DNA of 64,000 nt from Phyllosticta citribraziliensis (Eukaryota), in contig NW_027117338.1 in assembly GCF_038025025.1 (NCBI RefSeq), positions 620,001-684,000 on the forward strand, written 5' to 3'. Shown here piece by piece: positions 39,129 through 51,182 of the stretch. The first letter of the stretch is position 1, and each line of letters starts with the position of its first letter. The notes beneath the pieces were generated by a model that made no database searches, had not been told where the DNA came from, and saw only the letters and a program-made list of their open reading frames with translations. Made by a program: the position numbers and the translations under genes.

Positions 39129-39837
39129 ATGGCGGACAAGACCGAAGAAACCCAAGCCTCTGCCGGCGCTCAGGGACAGGCCTCTGGTTCCGGTTCCATT
39201 GGAGCCCAGGGATCGAGCAAGACGGCCGAGAGAAAGAAGCCGCAGAAGCTCGGTAAGAAGCAGCCCGAGCCACAGCAACAGCCTACGCCTGAAGAGTCGC
39301 CCGAATCTGATGACGGCGGAAAAGACGACGAGCCAGAACCAGAGCCCCGCCAGCAATCACGGCGCCGCCAGTCGCGCGGACGCGGCCGTCGAAACGTCCC
39401 CGACAGCGACACGGAATCGCTTGCGCGCTCTGATGTGTCTACCTCTGGAGGTCGTCGCAACCGCCAACGCCAGAGGCAAAAGGGCAAGCAGGGCGGAGGT
39501 CCGCTCGACGGCATCTCCGAGGGGCTTCCCGGCGGAGACCTTGTCAATGGCGCCGGCGACCTGGTGCAAAACACGGCCGGCAACGCCGTCAACCAGGTCG
39601 GCAACACGGCTGGCCAGGCGCTGGGCGGGCTCACTGGCGGCGGCAAGAAGGAAGAGGAAGGCGGCGAGGATAGCAAGGGTGAGCAGCTGCGGCTGCGCCT
39701 GGAGCTCAACTTGGACATTGAGGTGCAGCTCAAGGCAAAGATCCACGGTGACCTCACGCTTGGCTTGCTGTAAGTAGCGGCAAATCCTCGATGCAATTCA
39801 TCGCTCGATCATTTGCTGACAAGAGTTTAGGAACTAA
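39129..39837 (+). CDS. hydrophilic disordered protein with conserved C-terminal beta-module (paralog A)
   Basis: Start context CAACACCATGG. The C-terminus is LRLRLELNLDIEVQLKAKIHGDLTLGLL, followed by intron 39770-39830 and then N*. Confidence 0.85.
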
Positions 39838-40776
39838 AGCAAGAGCGGCGTATGTCGAACGAGCGGGACGGGTAGCAGCGCCGGTAGCTTGCAGATTGGA
39901 TGCATGTCGTTTTCGTTGTCTTTTCCATGTTTTCTTTTTCCTATTTTTTTTTTTTCGATTTCTCCGTAGCAGCTAATATTCCGGGCATGGAGGAGCGTTA
40001 CGATTGCACGTCAGACATGGGACGATTTTCCTTTGGCGCACGGGATGCGGCTGGATTGGCTTCCAGTGTTGGACTTGGTGTATGTTAACATGACCAAAAT
40101 GCTACGCCTGTCTTAGCTCTTGGAATGGACTCTCGACGGTGAAGAAAATAACGAGCGAGTGGGCTGCTGCAGTGTGACGGCGTGTACACCACTGGGTAGT
40201 CTGGTCTGAGGTTGGACAGGCGGATGTGCCGCGATGGGAGCACCCCTGCTGGCTTCTCGAAGCGCTGCGGCTGCGGGGCGATGGCTGGCAAGCGCCGGCC
40301 ACGATGCTGGTCTCTTTCGTCACCGGCCACTGACGCCTGAATCACTCGGCCAGCCCAGGATGCCCGCTCCCAGAGCCCCCATTGACGTCACGCTCGAAAC
40401 GGCCGACGTCCAAGCTGCCCGCAGCTGCATGATGGCTGTGGTGGCCATCAGGTTCTGGCTGCTTTTCGCCTCCTGCTCTGGCCAGACCGCCGTCACTGAA
40501 GTCCGGTCTCTCCCCCTGTCGCCCTGGTTAGCCTTGGTGTCATCACCCTCTCTTCTGCCACTGTGTTCCCGCGTCTCACCACACCCTGCACCCTCTCCGC
40601 TTTCTTCCTCTCTTGCTCTGCTTCTCCTCCTCACAACTACTACTACAACTCGCTCGTCTCTCAAAATTGCTTCTTCCTCTTCCAGACAAGAAAAATCATA
40701 CAGTCGTGCCACATCCGTCTCTTCGGCTGCATCATCGACAACTACCCCTTTCTTTTCAACAACACCCTCATCCGTC

Positions 40777-41420
40777 ATGTCCGACTCTGAGAGCGACCAC
40801 CGCGAGGTGCCCGCCCAGCGCACCATGATGCAGCAAGAAAAGGCCATGAACAAGTACAAGCAAGACCGCCGCGAGCAAGGGCTGCAATCGAACCGGTCGC
40901 GGTCGGCCTCGCGACGGGCCCGCCGCCAGCGCATCCAAAAGGCCATCTCCGAGGGCAAGTACATGAAGACCAACAGCCTCGAGGCGCTCGAGGAGGCCGA
41001 CGCCAACGGCGAGCTGCAAAACATGGGCATCTTCGAGCGCATCGGCCCCGACAGCACGTCCATGGACGGGCCCGTCACCCACGCCCGCGCCATGCGCGGC
41101 GAGATCCCCATGCGCGGCACCAACCCCAACCAGCCGTACCGCCTGGACCCGCAGCAGCAGAAGAGCAGCCTCGACGACACCGACGGCCTCAAGCTCAAGC
41201 TCGAGGCAAACCTCGACGTCGAAATCGAGCTCAAGGCCAGCTTGAGAGGCGATTTGACGCTTAGTCTCTTGTAAGTTCTGCCCCCCTTCCCGCTCTACAC
41301 CCGTCTCCCCACCCCCTTGCGCGCGTACGCACCCCCTACCTACCTACTCCGCTTGTTTTGTGTTGTCATCCTTGATTGACGCACGACTCCCAATTTTCTT
41401 GCGGTCTTTCCAGCGAGTAA
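40777..41420 (+). CDS. hydrophilic protein with the same C-terminal beta-module (paralog B)
   Basis: ATG at 40777 (MSDSESD). The C-terminus is LKLKLEANLDVEIELKASLRGDLTLSL, followed by intron 41271-41413 and then FE*. Confidence 0.82.
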
Positions 41421-44093
41421 AGATACGAAAAGAGAGAAGTCATGAAAAATAGCGCGCGCTCTCCTCCTCCTCCTGTTTTCATTACAGCCTTTCGGCTGAT
41501 CTGTTTCCCCTCGTCGTCCAGAGAATAACAAGCAATGCTCCTCTGTAGTGCGTGATCGACATGTCGTCAGCCAGAGCACGATCGACCACCACTACCTCCC
41601 TCCTTTTTCCCTGTGCGAGCGAAAAAAAAAGAGTCGGTCAGTCAGTCGGTTGGTCAATTGGTCGGCCCAGTCAGTCAGCAACTCGGCCCAGTCTTGTCGT
41701 TCTCGTCACTTGTTGCTGCTGCTGCTGCTAGTCAAATTGTTTTTGCGCTGCTACCGCTGCTGCTGCTTTTACTGGCTTCTTTGCCTCTCTTGTCTCTGAC
41801 TAGCAGTAGCTCCCACCTCCTTGCCTGACCAACTGACTGGCTGCCTGGTTGGCTGTCTGCCTACTACTACTGGCTCTTTTCTTGCGCGCGCGAGGGAAGA
41901 AATTAACGAAACTCATTTACTCTTCGATCGATCGGTCGTCGTCATCGTCTTCGTCGTCATCGTCGCGAGCTACAGGGGCCTCAAATCGGCATGGAACGTT
42001 TTTGGATCTCATTTGGGTGGTAGTGGAGGAACCGAGAAAGATGGAAATGCCCCGTTGATGTCCTCACGACGTTTGCTTGTTCGTCTTTTCCTTGTCCTTT
42101 CGTTTCTTGGGTACCATTTCTTCCTCAACTTCTGTTCTGTCTCCTTGTTTTTTTTGGCTCCCAAATGGATGGTTGGCTGTTGGACGGATATCGGTGTTTC
42201 AGAATTAATGACTGTCTTCCTTGCCATCATCCACCATTCATCCTCGGCCGTCATCTCTGTCTTGCTTGAATAGCACTGTCGTCAGTACCACCGCCAAAGG
42301 CCCGGGGGTCCAGGGATTGAGGCACTGAGAGACTGCTCGCGAGGGCAACAGAATCTGGTCGGTCAGTCAGTCAGTCAGTCCGTCACCCAGTCACCTGGTG
42401 CCCGCCTGCCTATTTTTCTGTCCATCTCTCTTGGCCTGTCTCACAACAAGCGCATCCATCCGCCCATCCGCCCACCTCGCCCTTTTCTCAACCACCCTCA
42501 GCGGCACCACCATCATCATCATCATCAGCGTCATAACCACCATCGTCATCGTTTCTGTCGCATTTCGGCGTTCGGATGTTTTTTGCTCGTCTCATTTCCC
42601 TTTCCAGCCGCAGCACGGGACCATATACATCACTACATTAGCAAGGAACTGTACCTGGTAGGCCAATCAAAAGCTTCCTTCTCACCGCACGTCGTTGGGA
42701 CCTCTTTTGTGTTTCGTGTCGCGCTTTCCCTTGGTCTAGTCGTTCGTTGTTTGGGACTTGGGAGGTCATGCGGAGGCAAGTGAGGTAGGTTGCACGCAAA
42801 GGGGTCGCTTGGTCGCTCGCTTCTGTTCGGCTCAAGGTAATGGACAGAGCCGTGTGGTGGGACCGAAGCGAAGGAGAGAGAGAGCAAGAGGAGAGAAGGG
42901 GAGAGGCTGAGGATGCCTCATCTGAACAAAGGTCAGTCGGCAGTCAGTCAACTCGGAGGCGACACGAATCGACGTGACGAAGACAACTCGCTCACCTTGT
43001 TGCCTGCGGCCCTTTTGCCCTTCTGTCACGCTTCCCTGCTTTCTCTTGCCTCCCTCCACTTCTTCTCTTTTCATCATGCATAGCATCTTTTTGTGCAAGT
43101 ACTCGCCAACCAGCCAGCTCTCCTCTCCCTCGACCAAGCGCAAACGGGCACTCAGTCACCTCAGGTCGGCACCACCGCACAAGACACGGCCACAGGACAC
43201 TCGCGTGCGGCAGACCGATGCATGAAGAAAAAGGGGAACGGGACAAGACAAGACAATAGACGATGCGATGGGATGAGGTGAGGTGAGGTCGAGATTGAGT
43301 GTGCGCGCCAAAACCTGTCGACCGGCGCCAGGCCCACCGCACCACCACTCCCACTGCTACCACGAAAGGGTGACACGCGGGACCCAAAGCGTTGGTGTAC
43401 CGTATCCGTGCGTACCGGTACTGTGGGCTGCGCTGTGCTGCGCTGTCTGTACGACCACACCACCGCTACCACCGCTACCACCAGTCACCACCACACTCAG
43501 CTTGTACTGTACATACGTACATCTCATCTCCACCAAGCAAATTTGGTGCAGCGCATGCACGCGCGCACTTTTGACGCGTTCCGCTGCCCGGGCAAATGAT
43601 TACGGACGGGCCGGCCGGATTGCAGCACCCACACGCGCCCACACACTGTTCGGGAGTGCCGACTGTGGGTTGGTTCATCCCTTGCATGCTACTTAAGGTA
43701 CGAGGGTACCGTAGCTACAAGTAGTGCGGTACCCACACCACCACCGTCAAGGCGTTGTGCGTACAGTACCGTACGGTACCTGGCTTCCGTTCGCTGCTTC
43801 CATTGTTGGTGCGTCATGCGCGGCGACTCCGCTGTCTGTCAGGTGCGAGGTGCGCGGACCTTATTTGGACGTCTGTCTGTCTCTCAGTGTGTCGGGCAGT
43901 CAGTGTTTTTCCTGTCGAGCTACTCTCATCCCTTTATTCGATACCTCGCTATGTCGCAAGCGTCAGCAGACAGACTAAACGCGTTCTCGTCGTCAATTCT
44001 GAGCGAGCGCATGACCTCTGTTTCTTGCAATGGAACTGTGCCGCCCTGCACCCATTCAAGGATAGCGATAGCGATACAGGATAGTCAGATGCT

Positions 44094-45370
44094 TCATCCT
44101 GCCTCTCTCTCTTTCTTTGTTTCTTTCTCGCCCTCTCCTTCACCGCATCCATCCATTCGTCCATCCGTCGTCTCTCGAACAGTGGATTTGGAAAAAGGGG
44201 CCTGCCCGGTTGCCGAACTCAAGATCCCTCTCATGCACCAGACAGCCTGGAAAAACTCCTTCGCTTCATGAGTTTGCAGCTCCTTTGAATATACCGCGCG
44301 TGTCCATGCCTTCAGATCCAGGTATGCTTTGTCCATGTCCGCGTCGAGTGGGTCGACAAAAGGCGGTGCGAGACGATTTTCGGACAGGACGGTGAACACG
44401 GCGGCCATGGCGAGCACTTTGGCGGAAAAGGCAGATAGCGTTTTGTGTTTGCAGCTGTCAGGCAGTGAGCGGATTAGCTCGCTGGCTGGAGATGGAGTCA
44501 AGAGAGGCGGGGAGCGCGACGAGACAGCACACACGCTTGCAGGCTTAACCAGCGAATTTGCTGGCTTGATCCGCGAATTTGTTGTATGATATGCGTCGGT
44601 AAGTTCTCGATGAGCGTTCTGCCCCTCTCGTCTCCACCGTGTAGAGGCGCCTCTGTGCCATTTTCTTCTCCCTTTTCAAGCGGTGGCTCCAGCTCCACTC
44701 CATCACTCGTTGTAGGATTCGAATCATCTTCATTCGGGTCTTGCGATTTCGCACCTGCGACGAGCAACGCTCGCGCCAAGTACATTTGGTCGTACTGCAC
44801 TGGTGTGTCGAAATGAATATCAAAAGCCAGGATCCTCAACAAGAGCGTCTCGGTCGCATCGATGGCGTTCCGTAGAGAGCAGAACAAGGGACAATCAGCA
44901 AGACGTGAAGATGAGCACTGTTCCAAAGGCGGAAAAGGACCCGGCGCTCCGCGACGTAGCAAGCGCCACGCCACAATGAGAATCTTGGGTAGCGGCTGCG
45001 GAAAGTCGGTCATTTTAGCTGCGAGGTGAAGACAGGTCAGGGCGAGAGTCTGTAGCATCAGTCACGTCACTCCCAGCTCGGGGGTTGGAGTTGGGAGAGA
45101 GCGACACATACGTGGGCGTCAATCTGAGGACCTGAGAAGGTTTTCGTTGGTATTTTTGCTTTTAGAGAGCGTTCAAGGTAGGCGTAGGCGAGTGCAAGAG
45201 TTTCGTCTTTCCTATCCGTGGCACACAGAGTCAATTCGGTAGGATCCGCTTTTCCATCATGGTGCCACTGACATATGGAGCACGCGCCAAACTATGTTTA
45301 GCAGTACGCCAGGATTGGGGATTGGATTTGCAATCTGGAGCCCGGGAACACCTGCGTAAAAGTCGATCAT
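44094..45370 (-). CDS. cyclin-fold protein (divergent transcriptional-cyclin-like)
   Basis: Predicted exons 45370-45352, 45291-45273, 45211-45112, 45049-44535 and 44454-44094. Cyclin-box motifs ETLALAYAYL, TLALTCLHLAAK and ETLLLRILAFDIHFDTP. Confidence 0.7.
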
Positions 45371-45553
45371 GATTGCGGCGGAATGGTTAACCTAGCGAAA
45401 ATAACGAATGCTGCAGGCGAGCGGATGGGTTTCGAGTTTGAGCAGTGCGTCGTTTCCAGGAGCCGCTCTCCCAGGCTAAGACGATGACAGAAGCTTGAAG
45501 AATTAAGTGAGCTGTGCATAGAACATGTGGGTTGAGAGGATTGAGTTCATGTC

Positions 45554-48500
45554 ATGCAAGATGGATGTCAAGGTGTTTGTCGGGGAGACGCGTCGGGCAG
45601 TCGCGTCCCGGGACGCACGCTAAGGAAGCGACCAGGTGGTCCATGCTCACCTCCCCCAACATCGGTCCCGTCCTGCCTGGCCCCCGGAGTCTCTTCCCGC
45701 ACGGCATGCTTTCAAGCTTTTCCATCGCGCCTCACTGTCGACCAAATTGTCTGCCTCGCGCTCCCCGGCAGTTATGCACGTCTCGCACAACCTCACTTAT
45801 TCTCCAGCCACGAACGTTGTCGCGTGGTTCCAAGTTCGTCCCGTATGACGCCATTATTGAGCGTAACGAGCGCGAGCTCGCTGCACACCGACGGCCATGC
45901 CTCTACCCGCCCCTCGGGGTCAAATACTCCTGCAACCTCCCAGTCATCTGCAAGCACCCTGGTCACAAGTTCTTTCGGTGCCGCTGGACTCTCGGGCGCT
46001 TTTTCGACGCTGCAATACCTGCCACTCGGCTGTTTCTTGGCTACAATACCAACGGACCTCGATCTAACCCACAGCGACAACTGGACTGAGCTCAGCACCG
46101 CCCACTTGGCAAGCCCTTCATGGGAACTTGACAATGATTTACGCAAGCATCTTGTTCAACTACTTGACGCCCAATGGATCCGCGCTGAATCTTCCCGTCA
46201 CGTGGAACAACATCCTACAAATGTTGCCGTCATTCGCCTGTGGATTCTTCCCCACGACGTTGGTCACGCAACTGTCAATCGGAGCGCTAGAAAAGTCCAT
46301 TTAGCCCTGGAGCATGTCATCCAGTCGGTCACTATTTCGACCGATGTGTGGCACAATGTCTCGATTGACTGCACCGAAAAATTCGACCCTTGGGCGTGTC
46401 CAGATGAGTCCTCTCTCTTCTACTTGTTCAATACCTTGCCTTCACCCGAGCCATCGCCTTCGAGGGTGGAAAACCTGTATTCCAAAGCAGCCATGCAGGA
46501 TCTTTTGGACTCAAGAGTAGAAGGCCTCAAGTCAAAACTCTACCCGTTTCAAGCACGATCGGCCGCGCTGATGCTCCAGCGTGAAGCATCTGATGAGCTT
46601 TATTTGGACCCACGTCTAGAGAAGAGGCGAGCGCCAAACGGACGGCTCTTCTACTATTGTCCTCGGAATATGGAGTTTCTTCACGCTCCGCGCTTCTACT
46701 CCTCCCAGAAATCTGGTGTTCTAGCCGAATTGATGGGCTCTGGAAAGACAATCATCGCTCTCAGTCTAGTCTTGGCCACCAAGAACCACGTTCCTGCCAT
46801 ACCACCACAACACCAAAGGATTCCAGTGCGAAAGACAGTCGGGACGCTCTTCGACATGGCAGCTGCGGCCGTAAACCGTCATGCAATCCCATGGAAAACC
46901 GTGCTTGCTTCACACGCAGCCGAGACCGGAGAATTCCTCACTGCATGCGAGAAACAGCTGGAAGCCAATCCTCCGATTTATGAGATCCCATCGCAGCCCA
47001 TAAGATTGAATAGGAATACGACGACACCAGCTCCTCGGAGGCTTCGTATATGCGGCACTACCATCATCGTTGTGCCCTTGAATCTGCTCCATCAATGGCA
47101 CTCTGAACTGCAGAAACACGTTGAAGAAGATATACTAAAAGTTCTCATCATGGACCATAACAAAAAGCAGCTGCCGCCTGCCGATGAGCTTGCCACGTTC
47201 GACGTCATCTTGTTCAGTAGAGGTCGCTTCGAAGCAGAAGTCAGAGATGGCTACGATGCTCAAGGACGAAAGTCAGCCGACTACAAGACCCCATCAGTCT
47301 GTAATTGTCCTTATGTCGGTTCCAGCCGAGTTCGGGATTGCACGTGCTTCAGGGAAAACGAAGTCTACGTGTCGCCTTTACGACATTTGCATTTCCTGAG
47401 GATCATGATTGACGAGGGTCACTCCTTTTCTTCCTCCAACTCCAATGCCGTCCAAGTGGCCCAGAAACTGGTTCATGCGGAGCGGCGCTGGGTGATTTCT
47501 GGTACGCCCGCAAAAGATGACTTGCTTAGTGTTGAGGTGGACCTTGCTTCAAGCCAGTCTACAACAATGGAAGAAGACATGCAGATTCTGCGCGAGGCGG
47601 CGCTGGAGAGGCGCAAACGTTTTGATGGTGAAGAGTCTAACAGTGCTGCAAGAACTTTAGGCACGCTGGCCACTCACTTTCTTCAAGTCCGTCCCTGGTC
47701 TGAAGGAGCGGATTGGATTGAGCATGTTTACCGGCACGAGCATCCCAAGAAGCGGACTCTTTCGGCCTTTTCCGAATGCATGGGGAAAACCCTGGGACAG
47801 CTGCTGATCAAGACACAGCCAGCAGACATGGAGCGCGACGTGGTCTTACCTCCCTTGAAGCACTCCGTGGTCCGTTTGAAGCCGAGCTTCTTTGACAAGG
47901 TCACGGCCAACCTCTTTGTCTTCGTGCTCACAAACAACGCCGTGACGTCTGAACGAACTGACGTCGATTACCTCTTCCATCCAAAGAGCCAAGGATCGAA
48001 GAATCGGTTAATCACCAATCTCCGGTTGAGCAATTTCTTCTGGTCTGGCTGGCGAGACACGGATATTGGCAACGCCGTCGAGATTGGTTGCAAATACCTG
48101 CTGAAGAAGGATATCAACTGTTCTGCCGAAGACCGCGAAACGCTGGAAGCTTGCATCAAGTTTTCCGAAGAATTCGTCCTCCGCTCTGAAAGCTGGAAAG
48201 CCATGAGCAGGACGCACGAAGTCGGTCTCTTTGTAGACCACTGGCCGGAGAATTCACCCACGTGGGCACTGGCAAAGGATAATCCTCCGGAGCTTTATGG
48301 AGCCACATTAATCCACCAGGCCCAGGGCCACGTGAATTCCCGATTGAGCGAGGATCCACTTGAAGAACTGGAGGCAGCAGGTACGACTGCTGTCAATTTA
48401 ATTCTCGCACAGTCCCAAGACTTGGATGAGCCAGGAGAGGGCAATAACAAGCAACTCATCAAGGGCATGCCCGCTTCTGGTATTCACGCAGAACTTTCTG

Positions 48501-49755
48501 TTGAAAGAGTACGCAAAGGGGCCGCTACAAAGATCAAAAGCCCACAGAAGGGGAAGGGTGCCAGCAAGACGTCGACTAGAGGCAAAGCTGCGAAGACGCC
48601 AGCCAAAGGTGCACGAGCAAAGACAGACAAGTGGGTATTTGCACCTTTGGCAATTGAAAGATAACTAATGCATTCAGAAAATCCGAACCGGCACCACCGC
48701 TCCCTACACCGCGCAAACGGCCAGACACTGGCATCGAGCTGCCATACGATGCTCCTCTGGCACTCACTCGCATAATAGGCACAGTCTCTGCGAAGCTCAG
48801 CTACCTGCTTGATCAAATCTTAGCGTACTACCAGGACGAAAAGATCTTGGTCTTCTACGATGGGGATAATACTGCATACTACATTGCCCAGTGCCTGGAT
48901 ATCTTGCACATCAAGCACGAAATTTATGCCAAAGGCATCTCGAACGACCACCGCTCGAAGTACATTGTCGCCTTCGCACAAGACCCAAGCCTGCGCGTCT
49001 TACTCATGGACGTCCGTCTCGGTGCGCTCGGCCTCAACGCCAACTCGGCTTCACGCGTGTATTTTGTCAACCCAGTCTGTCGGCCAAGTATTGAAGCGCA
49101 GGCAGTCAAGCGCGCGCACCGCATCGGCCAGACAAAGCCTGTGCATGTCGAGACCCTCATCCTCAGTGGTACGATTGAAGAGGCTATGTTTGAGCGCTCC
49201 AAGGCGATGACGCGAAACGAACATTTGGAGGCCAAAACGCTGGAAGATGACGTCCAAATCACGGACATCATTCAAAATGCCAAGCTCCTGCCCATAACTG
49301 CCGACGAGGCCAGTGGAGACAAACAAATGGCTCCGCTGAGCGTGCCGCAACAACTCTTTGGCCGCCCTGGCCGCATGGCTGCAATCGGAACTCCTCCCCG
49401 TTCAAAGAGATTGCGCACAGAGAACGTTCCAGATGAAATGCCAAAACGTCAGAGGGTCCATCGACCCGAATTGGGCAATTACTTTCCAAATCGAACCATC
49501 ACAGAGCCTCCACCAGGCAGCTACCGAGCGCGCGAGCGACAGGAATTCTGGGATACGTATTTGAGCGTACCACCGACCTCGAGCACTTGGATGGCGACTC
49601 CTGCTCGTCCACTCGAGCCCTTTGCGCCGGTTGCGCCCGCAGTGCCGTCGGTGGCGCAACCGCCAATGCCGATGGAGAGTCAGATAGGCGAGGAGCAGGG
49701 TGAAGATAGGAGTACTAGTCTGTTTGGCGATGGTGGCGGCGGCAGCTGGAGTTGA
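45554..49755 (+). CDS. SNF2-family helicase/ATPase (Rad5/Rad16-like group); true start may be 45845
   Basis: Motifs LYPFQ, AELMGSGKT, IVVPLNLLHQW, IDEGH, RWVISGTP and QAVKRAHRIGQTKPVHV. Intron at about 48632-48677. Confidence 0.92.
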
Positions 49756-50290
49756 GAAGAGCCTTTGGCCGGGTCAGGGTTCGCATTGCTTCTTGTTGTG
49801 CTAAGGTTTGGTCTGGCATGGCCGGTTGGTTGGCATCACATTTGCATTCACAGCTTTGTGGTTATTGTTGGCGCGGTGGTGCATTTTTTAGCGATAACCC
49901 TTTCTTACTTCTGTCCATCAGACTCTGGGCTGATGCTGGAGGTCACCGTCCTCTCTTTCCTACACCACATTCTGGTAGGTCTGGCTATATTTGTTAGCGC
50001 ATTCATGACGCACGAGATTGGATTCGGAACAGTTTCTCGTCTCTTGCCAATTATGAGTGCTGGGATGAGGAGTTTACAGGCTACCATTGACCAAATCTGT
50101 GACATTGCGACGTAGTCATTCTGCAACCAGGAAACTAGCACTCATCACTGAGGAAACACGATGTCTCCTTTTCTTGCCCATCGGTGATAAGGTAGGAAAG
50201 CAGAGCAAGCAGTCAAGCACCGTTATGCTGGCATGTCAGAACAGCAGTGGAAAACGTCTACGTAGAAAGAATCAGTGAAATCGATTCAAT

Positions 50291-50641
50291 AGTGAGACTC
50301 AGACAGACGTTCAAAGTTGCTTGAGTTGCCCGCTTAGGTCATGCGGGACCTGCAACTTTGAACGTCTAGGCAAAGAGACTCACTCACAGTGAGTGGTTCC
50401 AGTAGTGATTCCAGTAGTGAGACTCGTATAGACGTTTGAAGTTGCTTATGTTGCCCGGTTAGGCCATGTTGACTTGCAACTTCCAACGTCTGTGTAGAGA
50501 GAATCTCTACTTCACTACTAGTGATTCTCTCGTCTAGACGTTCGAACTTGATCGAATTTACCCATTTCAGCCACGAGGCCTGCAACCTTGAACGTCTAGG
50601 TGGAAAATATCACTACTAGAGAATCACTGCTAGTGATTCTC
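50291..50641. repeat. tandem array of three inverted-repeat units (MITE-like/foldback)
   Basis: AGACGTTCAAAGTTGC (50305-50320) pairs perfectly with GCAACTTTGAACGTCT (50352-50367). Diverged copies lie at 50430-50491 and about 50535-50598. Confidence 0.85.
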
Positions 50642-51182
50642 ATATGCAACTTCAGCAGCTCAGCGGCCACCGTCTTCATTTCTGTCAGTCCTAATGGCAT
50701 GGTCAGGCGCAAATAGCTGCCAGGAGTTCCGCTGGGAAAGAGAGGGAGATTCTTGGACTTGAAAGAATAAAGTATAAAGATCAGCAGACTAAGTAAGTAC
50801 CAGGTATGGTATGGTATTTCCCACCGTCACTCCCAACGAGACCCGCAGGACAACGACCAACCGACCACCCCAGCCCAGCCCATCCCATGCGCAAAAAGTA
50901 ATCAGTAGAAGAAGAAGAAGAAGAAGAAGCCATGGCAGACTAAGGTAGTTAGAGTAATGGAGAAAGAGAGGAAATGCTGCAAGTCCATAACGCCCGGCCC
51001 GGCCCGGCCCGGCCCAGCCCTTCATCAACAACCTGCGCGGCCTCCTCGCTTCTTTCTAGTCCATCCCACTAGAGTCTTCCATTATTACTCGCAGCAACAG
51101 AGCAGCGGCAGCAGCAGCAGCAAGGTCAAGCATCGCCCGGCGTCGCCGACGACGCCGCACCCAAGCCGCGCCACCAAGATAG

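Noticed and set aside
40234..40776. Hydrophobic N-terminal extension of the 346-aa ORF
   Set aside because: It translates CT-rich promoter/5' UTR sequence. The ATG at 40777 marks the switch to coding-like composition.
50291..50641. CRISPR-like repeat-spacer array
   Set aside because: The host is eukaryotic, no cas genes are present, and the loops are homologous to each other rather than unique spacers.
50905..51020. (GAA)n and (GGCCC)n runs
   Set aside because: Ordinary microsatellites in the SAS3 3' region.
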